A DNA stretch of 64,000 bases from Salpingoeca rosetta (GCA_033442325.1 JAWQFM010000016.1:192097-256096); one strand, 5' to 3'; shown: positions 18,750-33,051, counted from the stretch's first letter. Notes: generated from the sequence alone by a model not told the origin. Numbers and translations are program-made.

Positions 18750-18865
18750 GGGAGTGCGTGTGATAACCGAGAGTCGGGTGAAGAGGCACACTTTTCTAAA
18801 TTCAGGTAACGTCTAAATGTGGTTTCGCCATATCATAAGGAATTTTCCGGAGGCATTTTGTGCTT

Positions 18866-19358
18866 NNNNNNNNNNNNNNNNNNNNNNNNNNNNNNNNNNN
18901 NNNNNNNNNNNNNNNNNNNNNNNNNNNNNNNNNNNNNNNNNNNNNNNNNNNNNNNNNNNNNNNNNNNNNNNNNNNNNNNNNNNNNNNNNNNNNNNNNNNN
19001 NNNNNNNNNNNNNNNNNNNNNNNNNNNNNNNNNNNNNNNNNNNNNNNNNNNNNNNNNNNNNNNNNNNNNNNNNNNNNNNNNNNNNNNNNNNNNNNNNNNN
19101 NNNNNNNNNNNNNNNNNNNNNNNNNNNNNNNNNNNNNNNNNNNNNNNNNNNNNNNNNNNNNNNNNNNNNNNNNNNNNNNNNNNNNNNNNNNNNNNNNNNN
19201 NNNNNNNNNNNNNNNNNNNNNNNNNNNNNNNNNNNNNNNNNNNNNNNNNNNNNNNNNNNNNNNNNNNNNNNNNNNNNNNNNNNNNNNNNNNNNNNNNNNN
19301 NNNNNNNNNNNNNNNNNNNNNNNNNNNNNNNNNNNNNNNNNNNNNNNNNNNNNNNNNN
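18866..19358. other. Assembly gap (N run)
   Basis: Run of n characters. Confidence 1.
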
Positions 19359-19457
<99 letters not shown>

Positions 19458-19502
19458 GTGGATTGCGTGGGATAACCGAGATTCGGTTGAGAGTGCAAAC
19501 TT

Positions 19503-19518
19503 TTCAAAATTCGCGGAA
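19503..19518 (-). promoter_or_regulatory. Candidate CDE/CHR-like element upstream of the CENP-E-like gene
   Basis: Minus strand reads TTCCGC-GAAT-TTTGAA, i.e. a GC element, a 4-nt spacer and a CHR hexamer. Confidence 0.3.
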
Positions 19519-19931
19519 CGTCAAATGTGCTTTCGCCATATCATACATGAATTTTCCGTAGTCCATTTGTGCTTGCGCTGCAAGGCGAAAGAAGACAAAG
19601 AAAAACGAACGCGCCACAACAACGAACGATGGAGCGTAAGATGATGAGGATGCGCTTGCTGCTGGGCTGTTTGGTTGTTTGTTGTTGGGCTGAGAGCGGA
19701 GGAGGGGAATGAGCGGAGGAAAGGGCTTAGCTTGGCTGGGCTGAGCTGGGCTGGGTGCTGGCATTGCTATTACGCTTGGTGCCTGGCTTGCTGAGATGAG
19801 CTGTTTTGTTGTGATTTGCTTGTCCATCTCATACGCTCACACCCACTCATGTAAACATGCGTGCCCGCACAACATGCTCAACAACACCCTCACCACCCTC
19901 AACAACACCCCACGACATGACACGACACGAA

Positions 19932-21164
19932 ATGACGCGCACAGGCGAGAAGAAGAAGTTGGGGCTGCGGCGAGCCAGCAGTGAGAATACTGCGGCAGGA
20001 CCCGCAAGTCCCGAACATCAACAGCAGCAACACCAAACAAACTACAGTGCATCCCTCACTCAAGAAGACAGGCACTTGATCCTCGACTCCCACATTGTTC
20101 ACCAAGGTGTCCTCGAGAAGAAGGTCAACAACAAGCACTGGCGCAAGCGATTCGTCCGCCTGCAGGTAGGGCTGTGTGCTTGTCTATGTTGGTGTGTGTG
20201 TGTGTGTGTGTTGGTGTGGAGGTTGAGTGGTTGTTTGCTTGTGTGTGAATGTGTGTGTTTGTGTTTGTTTGTTTGTTGTGGAGGTTGTTTCGAGTGCGCT
20301 GTTCCACCCCACCATCACCAACAACAAAACAACAACAACGACAACGAATAAAGCATGCTGATGTGTGCCAACCCCGCACATTGCAGGGCGACCATCTTGT
20401 GGAATATGATATGGCAGACATGAAGAAGCTGACACCAGAGGCAACTCCAGTCGACATTGTCCCTGTCCAGAATCGAACCGTCCTCTGCAACGTGGCCAAG
20501 AACAAGTTCATCCTGCAGCACCTGGAGCATGGCCACAAGGTGGTGGTGGTGGTGTGTGTGTGTCTGTCTGTGTCCGTGTGTGTGTCTGTCTGGACATCTT
20601 CGTCACTTGTGGGTTCTGTTTGGCTGCCTGTCTCTCCCCCTCCCCCCCCCCCGTTCGCTTGGCTCTCGGTCTCGATGGTTCTGGTCCTTATCCGTTTGTG
20701 ACAAGCCGTCACCGCGAGCGTTCGTGCTTCCTTGATGCGTTGCAGGAGCAAGCAGCGTACAAGGCCGAGTCCGAGGAAGGCATGAACGTGTGGATCAACG
20801 AAATCTGCAAGCTGCAGGACCAGAACTCTGCCACCGAGTCAGTAACCCGCGCGCACGCACTCACACCACACCATCAGACACGCTTTGAACCACTTGCATC
20901 CGCTTGTTTCACGTGCTCGCCGCCTGCTCTGTACTCCATCGCCGTTGACCTGCCCTACTTTGTCTCTTGCTGTGGCCTCTGTTGTTTTGTTGGCAGCGGA
21001 CCCACGCTCCGCTACTACCGCGGATCGGCACGATCAAAGGTGCGGCTGAGAGAGTGCACGTGTGTGCTTGTGCTTGTGTGCTTGTGTAGATTGTTTGTTT
21101 GTTTGTGTGTGTGTGTGTGTATTGTTTGTTTGTGTGTGTGTAGATTGTTTGTTTGTGTATGCGC

Positions 21165-21238
<74 letters not shown>

Positions 21239-24200
21239 ATGCGGCATGTGTGTTAATATCTGCGTGCATCTCCGTACGCGTTTGTGTGTGTCAGCATCAT
21301 GCATATTCCTCGCCTGCCTCTCCGTCCTTTACTTTTCTCACCACGCCCTGATCGCCATTGTGCCCACAGATGAAGCGAGCTGCGACAGGGCTGCTGCACA
21401 AGATCACACACACGGAGAAGATTGACGTGCGGTTACGCGAACACACGCTTGCCCCTTTGCCCGTGCCTGCTTTGAAGTTCAAGCGCACACAATCCGTGTG
21501 CACACACTCGCGCACTTTTCACACACACACACACACACACACCACTTGCTCACTCCCTCACACACACACATACACAACACAACACAACACAACACAACAC
21601 AACACAACACAACACAACACAGGACTCGCACGAGCTGCTGTCTGTGCGCAAGAATGTGGCGGATGCCATGGAGAGCACGTGGGTGGCGCTGCTGCGCCTG
21701 CGCGAGCTACTTGAACAGGGCAGCCGCTGCCAATACGCGCTTGTGGAACTTGTGTCGCACCTCCACCACTTTATCGACATGGCTTCAGAGGCAGCCGTGC
21801 TTGCAGAGGAGAGAGGCTTGTCTGATGTCGTGGACCGCAAGTGCCAGCAGCACATTGCTGCCCTCTGTCACACCAGTCGGCAACTTGCAGAGTTTTGTGA
21901 CAAGGCGCACCCGCCACTCGGTGCGTATCTGTCTCTGTGTGTGTGTGTGTGTGTCTGTGTGTGTGTGTCTGTGTCTGTCTGTCTGTCTGTCTGTCTGTGT
22001 GTGTCTGTCCTTCTGTGTGTTTATCTGTCTGCCTGTCTGTTTGTATGCATGCCTGTGTATTTTTGCATGAGCTGCCTTCCCCGCTCACCCCTAACACACC
22101 CCGAAACAAACCCCCCCCCCTTCGCCGTTCACAACGCGTACACATACATTTGTAGTCCTTGACGACCGGCTGCTGCCGCTGCAAAAGGAGAAGCTAGCCG
22201 AGTTCCACCACTACGCCAACGTGCTGCTGGAGCGCTCGGCGCAGGCGCTGGCGGACATTGACGCCGTTCTGCCACACCGCTCGCGGTCGGGGTCATCCGG
22301 CGCGCACGTGCGCACATCCCACTCGGCCGACGTGCACCACTTGCAGCACGAGCAGCACGGCCGGCTCTCGCACATCCACCTGCCCACGGCTCACCTGCAC
22401 CTGCACCGTCGCAGCAGCGCAGCCCAGCAGCACCAGGGCAACGCCGCTTCGCTGTCCACATCGGCCCCCGTGACGCCAGAACCACCAGGACAGCCGGCAT
22501 TGGCCTCTGCCACCTCAACAACGGCAGTTACAGCAACCACGGCCACAGCAACAAACGCCAGCTCCAATGCCACCAGCCCGCCAACCACGCCGACCGCCAA
22601 TCTCAACTCGGAGCAAGTCAAGCGGTTCACGCTGATTGGATATGACGCAACGCGCGTTGCCCGCGCCCTGAGCAACCACCGCCACGACATGCTCTCCGTG
22701 TACCGCGAGCTGACGGAGGCTGAGCGCGACGGCACAACGCACCGCTCGCTGTCGACGGGGCCGGGCGATCGTCGCAGCATCGGCCGCAAGGTCGCACACA
22801 GCCTGGCGTCGCTGGGCAGCGTGCACAGCCTGAGCGAGGCGCACCTGTCGAGTGCAGCACTGGCCGCGGCACAGCACTCGCATCACGCGCACGAGGGCCG
22901 CAAGCGCACCAACACGCTCACGATTCGGCGGCGGCGGAGCTTTGGCAATGAGGGCGACGAGCAGGTGCAGCCGTTTCAGCACCACCAGCACCACCACAAC
23001 CACCACCGCGCATCGGTCACTGGCCGGGCAACCAGCCCCCGCAGCCGCAACTCGGCCTCCACATCAGCGGCAGCGCCGCCCCTCACGCCAACACGCACCG
23101 CGCCAACCGCAACCGAGCAAGGCGCGGGCACGCGTGCGACCAGTGCACCGCACGGCACGCGGCCACGATCCCGCCACGTCTCCGCAACGGAGGACAGGCG
23201 ACGCGCGCACCGCGTGAGCGAAGACATTGCAGCACGCGCGCTGGAGGGGGAGCCAGACGGCCGCAACAGATCGGTAAGCGAGCCACACCTGGGTGACGCG
23301 GGCAGTGGTGCCGCCACGAACCAACAACACCGACAACAGCGGCAGGAACGTGAGCGACGAGGCAGTCACACGGGTGGTGATGATGATGAGGAAGACGATG
23401 ATGACAGCGACCGGGAGGAGCTGGTGCAGGTGTTGAGGGCACTGGATGGTACGCGGTTTGATGACGCAGAGGGCAGTGGCTCCAACAACGATCAACAAGG
23501 GCAGGGTACTGGACGCGGGCGCCGGTTCCGCGGTGCGCGGCTTGTTGACGGCGCGTTTGTCATGCCGCCACTAGCTGAGACTGCCGGTGACAGCGGCGAT
23601 GAAGGCAGCACCCATGGCGGCGAGGGTGATGGTGCGTCGCAGCACGATGAGGAAGGTGCCGGAACGTTCCTGCGACGAAAGAGGATGAGCCTTCGCGTGG
23701 CAAACGCGTTTGGAACAGGGCCTGGCCAGGACGCGCGTGGAAGTGCAGCACCACACGGCCTGCTCACCGCGTCCATGAAACGCAAGCGGCGCGGGTCCAT
23801 CTCTGCTGGTGGCCGGCGACTGCAGGGGTCCGGGTCGCCGCGAAATTCAAACGCGCGCAGCCCTCGCCGCGGACACAGCCGCACAGCGTCGCGGGACGAG
23901 GAAGCACGCGCTGTGACATCGACAACAGCATCAACGGCAGCCGGTGACGACAGCCAACATCAAGGTGCAACGCCAGCCAGTAGTGTGAGTGCACAGGATA
24001 CGAGCAACAAGTCGGGACAGGGAATGACTGCAGCTACTAGCGGTGAAGCCGAACGCAGTGATGGCAGCCAGCAAGCATCTGTTGGTGTTGGCGGTGATGA
24101 TGGTAGAACCCCCGACGCCAACCAGCCTCAGCAGCAACAAGCAGACGAAGAGCAAGATGGAGCAAGTAAAGGTTCGGCACGCGGTGATGAACACGCTGGT

Positions 24201-27200
24201 GGCAACGAGGCAGACGATGGCGATGGTGAGGAGGAGGAGGAGGAGGAAGAAGATGCAGAAGCGGATGACGAGCAAGCGAGACGAGAATGGTCGCACCTGT
24301 TTGAGTTTCCAGAGCAGCGCATCGCAGCAGCACATCTTGACCCCATCCACCTGTTCAGCGAACCGCCCACGCGCAGCGCAAACAACCCGTTCCTCGTCAC
24401 CCCAGAGGAGCACGAGCGCATCCAGGCCAGCGCACTCGCCCTGTTTCAGGATGACGACGATGACGACGACGACGCCAACACCACCATGAACAGCACCTCC
24501 ACGCTCAGCCTGAGCATGCTGGGGTCCCTCTCTCCGTCCACATCCAAGAGCGCAGAGCTGCACCGCAGCAGAAGCGCAGCGAACGCAAGCGCGCTGGCCC
24601 GCAACAGCGGTAGCAGCAGCAGCAGCAATGGCGGTGGTGGCGATAGTGGGGACAGCACGGGTGCACCAACAGCGGAGGAGCTGCACGCGTTTGCACAGAA
24701 CCTCTCACCGAGCAACCCGTTCAAGTCGCACCTGCAGACCCGCCCGCGGTCTGCCTCCTCTGGTGCGCATCCACTGCGCAAGGCCGCATCCACCAACTCG
24801 ATTTCAGCCTCTTCCTCGCCCTCCACCACGGCCCGCGCCAGCAACCCGTTCCTCGCCACTATCCAGCAGCAGCAGCGGCAGGCAGATGGTGGCGGCAGTG
24901 GGCGCAGGAGCACGTGCAGCAGTCCTGGCCAACAGGGCACGGAGCGCCTGACCAAGAGCGTGACCCCTACAGCAGGTGTGCTGGCCGTGTCGTCATCAAC
25001 ACCAACGCAGGGATCGGCAGTCACGTCGGGTTCTGCGTCCCCACCACAGGCCAGCATGCCGCCTCGGCCGCCAAAGCCAGTGCACCTGCTGGCCCAGGAC
25101 CCAACGAGCACACCACCGGGCCAGAGCGGCAGTGCAACAGCAACGACGACAGCAATGTCATCGTCATCGTCATCAGCAGTACCGCCATCGTCGTCCCCGC
25201 TGTCATCATCGCCGCCCCCGCCGCTGCCGGCGCGAAAGGCGCGTGCACCACCGTCGCCAATGGCCAGTGGTGGTGTGATTGACACCTTCCAGGCCAACAG
25301 CAGCGGCACAGACCTGAAGCCGAGCCCCTTGGCCGTGCAAGCCATGCACCCACGCACCTCCGCCACCAGCCAGCCATCTCCAGCGACAACAACGTCAACA
25401 CCAACAATAACAACGACGGCGCCAACAGCAACAGCAGCAGCAGCCTCGTCGGTGTCAGACCGTCCAGCACGGCCCACGCTGAGCCTGGGTGGCGTTGACA
25501 GCGGCGACTCGTCCACGGACCACATCCGGCAGTCGTGGTATCTGCCCGGCGCCACAGCTGACACGCACGCGGGCAGCAGCGGTGGCGGCAACGTTCCCCG
25601 CACGAGCACGATGAAGTCGAGTGCTGCAACCACACGCGCAGCGGCTGCACTGGCGGCGTCGTCATCCCCATCGTTGGTGGGCGGAGCAGGTGCAGCTTCG
25701 CCGCCGAAGCAGCGCCCACGCAGCCCCTTTGCAGGCAAGAACAACCCGTTTGTACAGCTGATGGAGGCCGAGGGCGGAAGGGGCCGCGGCGGTAGCGATG
25801 GTGACGATACCCGGGCACCGACGCAGGAAGGAGGTGTTGGTGGTGGCGCAGCAACGGGGGAGGACGATGCAACAGCAGAGGCGATGAAGGCGTTTATCGA
25901 GGAGGGAGATGAGATTGATGCTGAGACGGGTCTGGTGATTCGGAAACTTGAGGCCAACCCAGGCGACTCAAACACATCCACAGCAGCAGCAGCAGGGACG
26001 GGTGCAGGCGACACGTCGATTGTCTCGTCCACGGCAGGGGACACGTCCATCGCACGCGCACGTACACCAAGCGCTGGTGACACCGACGGTGATGGTGATG
26101 GTGATGGGGATGGTGATGGTGAACGCAACGCGGGGCGTGATGCAAACGCAGGCGGCGGCGGCGGCGGCGGCGGTGGGCTGATGCTGAGGGTTCGTTCGAC
26201 CTCCACTGCAAGCAGCAGGGGCGGAGCCGCGCCAGATGCACATGTTTTGGCCACAAAGTCGGATGTTGCACCGACACCCTCGTCACCGTCGCCAACCACC
26301 GCCCAACGGCAGGCAGCGGCAGCAGTGCTGTCGACGTCAGCCCCGTCCATGATCCCATCGCGTGGATCGTCGTTGTCGCTCGGGTCGACTGGTGGCAGTA
26401 CACGCACCTCGCAGGCGTCACCACGTCCCCATGGCCGCGGCACGCCGGGTGCTCCCACGGCAGCGGCGGCCGGTACCGACGCAAACACAACAACGGCAGC
26501 GCCAGCCACGACGTACTACTGCCGTGTGCGTGCAGGCACGCTGACGCAGGTGCTGGAGTATCTCATCTCCGACCGCATGCGGGACCCGAACCTGCTGGGC
26601 ACGCTGCGTACGTGCTTCCCCGTGTTCACGACGGCCAAGGACCTGAGCAGCAGACTCATCACGCACCACCGCGGGCTCATGACTGCGCGGACGGGGGGCG
26701 GCGGCGGCGCTGCTGAGGACGCCCTGGTGTGGAAGCACTGCCGCCTGGCCACGGCCATGAGCGAGTGCCTGGAGTCACTGGTGCCCGACCTGAGCGCGCG
26801 GCAGCTGCGGGAGCTGCAGGCGGTGGTGTACGATCTGCTGCAGCTTGAGCACGTCGACGTCGCCGCAGCGTACCTGGAGGACCTGTGGGTGGCCATTGGG
26901 GAGCGGCTGGATGCGCAGCAGGCAGAGGAGGAGCAGGAGCTGGCGGCGTCGAGCCAGCCGCGCGCAAAGGTGGCGGTGCCAGCAGCACCGGCCGGGCAGC
27001 GACCAACGGCGCTGCTGGCGTATTCGACGACAGAGCTGGCCAGGGAGCTGTGCGTGATGGCCAACAAGCTGTTTGGGCGCATCTCTGCGCGGGAACTGCT
27101 GGCGTGGCGGAAGAAGCAGTCTGCGGAGAACAGCCCGAACGTGATGAAGATGATTGAGCACTTCAACCACGTGTCCATGTGGGCGGCCACGTGCGTGGTG

Positions 27201-27643
27201 TGCACGCCGAAGCTCAAGCACAGGGTGAAGGTGATGGCGAAGCTGATCCAGCTGATGAAGCAGCTAAAGAAGCACCAGAACTTTGACACGCTGCTTGCCA
27301 TCCTGTCTGGCATGAACAACGCGGCGGTGTATCGTCTCAAGCACACGTTTGCCAGCCTGAACGCCAAGACGCAGGGCACGCTTGCGCGCCTGCAGGAGCT
27401 GATGAGCCACGAGAAGAGCTTCCTCAAGTTCCGCTACTACTGCCGCCAGCTCAAGCCCCCCGTTATCCCATACCTGGGCATGTATCTCTCCGACATTGTG
27501 TTTGTGCACGTTGGCAACCCAGACTACGTGGAGCTTGGTGCCGCCGTGCACCGCGGCAACACCTCAGAAAAGATTATCAACTTTGCCAAGGTGTGTTTTG
27601 AGGGGGGTGGAGAAGGGAGAAGTGGGTGAGTATAAGGAAGAGA

Positions 27644-27698
<55 letters not shown>

Positions 27699-27816
27699 TG
27701 TTGAACGCGTCTCCATGGACAGTATTCGTGTGTTCTTGTTTTGTTTGTTGTTACACTTACCATTGCGCACCCGTCTCCCTCTGTGTCTCCCTCACTTCTG
27801 CCCAAACAACCCAACC

Positions 27817-27871
<55 letters not shown>

Positions 27872-27895
27872 CACGAACACAACACGAACACACAC

Positions 27896-27992
<97 letters not shown>

Positions 27993-28209
27993 CCATCACA
28001 CGAACACACATGCACACAACAAACAGATGCACCAGCTGTACAACATCTGCGCGGCGGTTGAGGAGTACCAGAGTCACCCTTTCAAGTTTCAGTCCAAGGA
28101 GGAGATTCGGCAGTGCTTTGACGGCTTCAACCACAAGACCCACGATGAGCTGTATCAGCTCAGCCTGGAGATTGAGCCGCGCGGCGCAACGCTGGAGCAG
28201 ATTGCGTGA
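19932..28209 (+). CDS. RasGEF (CDC25-type) with N-terminal PH domain, long disordered middle, REM and CDC25 domains
   Basis: PH: HQGVLEKKVNNKHWRKRFVRLQ...YKAESEEGMNVWINEI. REM: VRAGTLTQVLEYL. CDC25: ELARELC...SPNVMKMIEHFNHVSMW...NFDTLLAILSGMNNAAVYRLKHTF...PPVIPYLGMYLSDIVFVHVGNPD...INFAK, and last exon LYQLSLEIEPR. Confidence 0.9.
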
Positions 28210-28848
28210 CGCTGGCCGTGTGGCATATTGAGATGGGATGAGGATGGGAGATGATGAAGGACATGTTATTGGGTGACGATGAGATGGTGCGGTGTGCTTG
28301 CCTCCTGTTGCTATGTTACATTACACGTCTTGCGTGATTGCTTGCTTGCTACGCTGCTTTGGCTCGAACAAGATGGAATTTGAATGGATGAAGTGCAGCT
28401 GTACGCGACCTGGGCAAGAAGGTGGTGGCTGTACGAGATGGGGCTGCGAGAGTGGTGCGTGCGATGATGTGATGGTGTGATGGTGTGACATGAGACATGA
28501 TGGGAGGTGCGTGTTCCACGAGGACCCAACCAAACAAACACGTCATTCTGGGCTGTGCCCAAATGAAAAATTTTCTTCATTTTTATATCCAGTTCAAACT
28601 GGAGGCGGGCGTTTCCTCCTTGTTTTGTTTGTGTTGTTCCCCCCTTTTCAACAGCGCAACCAGCAAGAACAACAGCAGCGCAGCTCTCTGGCTGGCTTTT
28701 TGGTTCTTCAGCCATCCACTCCCCCCCCCCCACACATACATACATACACACACACACACACCACACATCGCACATCGCACCACATCGCGCGCACACACAC
28801 TCACACACACACACACACACACACACAGCCTCTACTTACACAGCAACG

Positions 28849-30129
28849 ATGCAACAACAACTACAACGTGGAAGGATAGCTTTGCCGCTGGCGGCAAGTG
28901 TTGTTGCTGCAGCTGCGTTTGTGCTGTGCACGTGCGTGTGCTTGCTCCCTGCGGCAACGCAAGCGCAACAGACGTCGCTTGTGCTCGTGCCCGGCAGCTG
29001 CGATTGCACCAACGACGCGGACTGTGGCTGCGAGAACAACGCCGAGTGTGTTGATCGCGCCAACAACACGCACACATGCATGTGCCGTCAAGGATTCGAA
29101 TGTAAGCTGCCACTGTCCGCTGCACGCACTTTGCCTCTGCACTCTGTGTTTGCGTGCACGGCAACTGCCGTGCGTATGCCCAACACGCACCTGTGCGCCC
29201 ATGGCAGCAGCGTCCTTTTCTTTCTTCGCACACACATATGTACGCGCACACACGTACTTGGACACTTGCTCATGCGCACACACGCATTCACTCACGCCCA
29301 CCTGGCGTTGCCTTTTTTGTGCACATATTTGTGGTTGTGTGCAGCTCGGAGATGTGAGACGGCATATGATCCCTGCGACGGAACCCCGTGTGGGACTGGC
29401 AACTGCACATACTCCTCGACCGTACTTCGTGACACGGCCGACTTTGAATGCTCCTGCACAAAGGAATTTGTGGGCGACACCTGCGACGTCCCGTGCCCCG
29501 CCAACTGCACCTCCTGTATTGAGCTGAATGATAAGGGCATCTGCACGCAGTGCGATTCAGGCTTTGCCATTGATAATACCAACAACGAATGCGTCACAGA
29601 ATGCCCATTGTACGTGTGTATGTGCCTGTGTTTTTGGTCTGTGCGTGCGCGCGCGTGTATCTGTGTCTGTCTGTGTCTATTTGTGCAACAGTACTGCTTG
29701 CAGTGTGCATCATCTCGAGGTTCCTCGACATGCTTCCTCGCTCACCCTGCGCCACGTTTCCGTATCGTGTCCTTGGCAGTGGAACAGAGAATCAGGACGG
29801 GTTCTGCAACGGTGCGTTCAACATCATCCATCTACTGTTACACCACGTCCCTCACCCACCCGCCACCTCTTCCTCCCCAACTCCTCTTCTCTTCCACCGA
29901 ACCACTGCGATCTCCTTCATTGCTGTACTCCACACCTCTCCTCTCGCTCACCTGTTTGCTGCCGCCTTGATTGTCTCGCCTCCAGACATCAACATCTGCC
30001 TCAACATCACGTGTGCCAATGGCGGCACGTGCGATCGAAACGCTGCCAGCGACGCAACAGCGTGCATATGCCCGTATGTTCATTCACCTTCCATGTGTAC
30101 CCCTGTGTGTGTGTGTGTGTGTGTGTTGA

Positions 30130-30209
<80 letters not shown>

Positions 30210-31274
30210 TCCTAGACTCCTGCCTCCTACGCTTGTCTCGCCCGCAGGCTTTGGCTTGTTTCTCGTTGTCACAACACCTCTCTCACAGCCACGTCCGGTT
30301 CACCACACACACACACGCGCGCGCACACACACGTTCTATCCCCCCCCCCCTCTCTGCACCTGCCTTCGTCTTCTCTCTCCATCACGACGACAGCACCGGC
30401 TACGACCAGCCGCGCTGCCTGACGGGCCAGGCGTGCAACGGCGTGGACTGCGGCAACGGCGAATGCTACATTGACGATGGTGTTGCGAAGTGTGACTGTG
30501 ATGCCGGCTTTGAGGGCACAAACTGCACAATCAACATCGACGACTGTGACCCAGACCCGTGCAACGGCGAGACGTGCATTGACGGTGTGTTTCGCACGCT
30601 TTCTGTGCGTGTGTGTCTGCGTGTGTGTCTGTGTGTATTACGGAGTGGGTAGCTGCTCGTGAACTTGATGATTGTTTCCCGCACCACCCCAATGCTCTTG
30701 TGATCGTCATCTCACGTTAAGCACCTGCTCTCACAACACCCTCGATTTTCGTGGCAAATACAGGCATCAACAACTACACTTGCTCATGCCCTTCCCACCT
30801 TGGCGGACCGTAAGTGTACTCACACACAAGCAAAACAAAGTTCACACTCTCCCACCTCTCCACACATCACTGCCATCGTAGCATGGGTTTTTGCCCCCCA
30901 CTTAACACCACACGTACACACATACTCACTCGCATACTCACTCACACACATACACACACACATACTCACTCCACACACTACTCACCACGCCACACTGTTC
31001 TACCTCACCACCGTTACCGCCATCAGGAACTGTGAGGTGCAGATCAACTGCGCGGCCGGCGCGTGTGAGCCCAACGGCGTATGCAAGAGCATTGCGACGG
31101 GCTTCGAGTGCGAATGGTGCGTACACTGCATGTGTGACTGCTTGCTACTCGTGTTGTTGATTCGTGTTGCTATTCCTGTTGTCCTTTGTGTTTTTTGATG
31201 TTGGGTGGTGTTGATGGCACTTGTCTCCTTGTTCAGGCAGTGTTCGCATTTGTTTGCCTACCGCGCACGCGCTC

Positions 31275-31334
<60 letters not shown>

Positions 31335-33016
31335 CTGCAGCGACCCTGGCTGGGAAGGTGACAGCTGCACGGATGACATTGACGAGTGCGCACCCGATGT
31401 CTTCCCCTGCTTGAATAACGGCGTCTGTACAACGCCAACCATCAACTCCTTCCACTGCGAGTGAGTGCTTGTTTCCGTGCTAGCTTTGGTCGGTTGGTTG
31501 GTGAGTTAATAAGTTTGCTTGTTTGTTGGCTGGTTTGTTGGTTTGTTTTGTTGGTTTGTTTTGTTGGTTTGTTTTGTTGGTTTGTTTTGCTGATTTGTGC
31601 CTCAGATAAGTAGCGCACCACACAACTCACATACCAACACCTCACAATCGCCCAACTGCCACTCCTCTTGCCTTCCCCCCCCCCCTACACAAACACACAC
31701 ACACATACACAAACACACACAAATCACAATCAAAATCACAACAGGTGCCCCACTGGGTTTACGGGTGATCGATGCGAAGAGAGTCCTTGCATCCCTTCGC
31801 CGTGCACGAACAACGGCACGTGCTCCGTCGACGACATCACAGGAAACTTCCTCTGCAACTGCACAGGAACAGGGTTTGCTGGCTCCATCTGCCAATGTGC
31901 GTACATGGCTGGATTGTTTGTGCATGCGTGCACTTGTGCCTTTGCGAGTTGCTTTTGCGGATCACGTCCATGCACGCATTCACACGCATTCACACACATT
32001 CACGCACATGCACACACGTGCACACGCATTCACACGCATTCACACACATACTTTGCGCACAAACACGTACTCACGCTAACCAACAACAACCACTACTCAC
32101 CCCCTGCCCCCCTCGCTTTCTCTTTGTCATTGTTACTCAGATGTTGACAAGTGCGTGGAAGACCCCACGCTGTGCGGCGAAAACGTGTGCGAGTCAACCG
32201 GGTCCTCGTACGTGTGCGTGTGTCCGGACGGCTCAAAGCAGAAGAACTGCCCTCCACCAACAACAACACCGCCAACCACAACTACAACGTCAACGACGTC
32301 TGCCGCCTCAACCAACGCACCAGCGAAGGACAAGAGCCTGCTCACCCCGCCTGTGCAGTATGGTGAGCACATGTGTGTGTGTGTCTGCGTCTGTCTGTGT
32401 GTGTGTGTGTCCGTGTCTGGTGGGTTTCATGGTGTGTGGGGTGTTTTCCTCTTGATCGTCAGCTTGTCTTCAATGCTGCACGAACAGGCGGAGCGTCCCA
32501 ACGTTGTGCATGCGTACATACTTGGATGGTTGCCACCTCTGCACGTACTTGCTTCTCCTCACCTGTGTACTGCATCCGCTCTCGCATCTTTGCGTGTGTT
32601 CATGTGACATCATCAGGGCTGATGGGCGCTGCTGCGCTTCTTGCTGTCGTGTTCACGATTGGTCTGGGGTGCTACTGCCGCAACAACCGACCAACAAAGG
32701 CTGCACGTAGGAAGGTGAGGCGTGTTGCTCCGTGTGAATGGATCTGACTGCAAACAAAACACACTGGCTCAACGTTCATCCCCGTTCTCCAACCCCTCGC
32801 TCACCCGCACGCACGCGCACACACACACAACATCAACACCATCACCATCATCGACATCAACACCATCACCATCATCGACATCAACACCACTACCACGACC
32901 ATCAACACCACCGTCGTCGTCACTGCGCCAGACGCGTCCGCCGTCAATGATGCGCTCCTTCTCAAATCCCGCCTTCAACCCAGACATCGACTCGGAGGAC
33001 TACCTCACGGTCTGTC

Positions 33017-33051
<35 letters not shown>

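Noticed and set aside
24446-26509. 687-aa antisense ORF, and similar ones opposite the kinesin, ERCC8 and mucin
   Set aside because: Shadow ORFs of GC-rich coding exons with no recognisable motifs.
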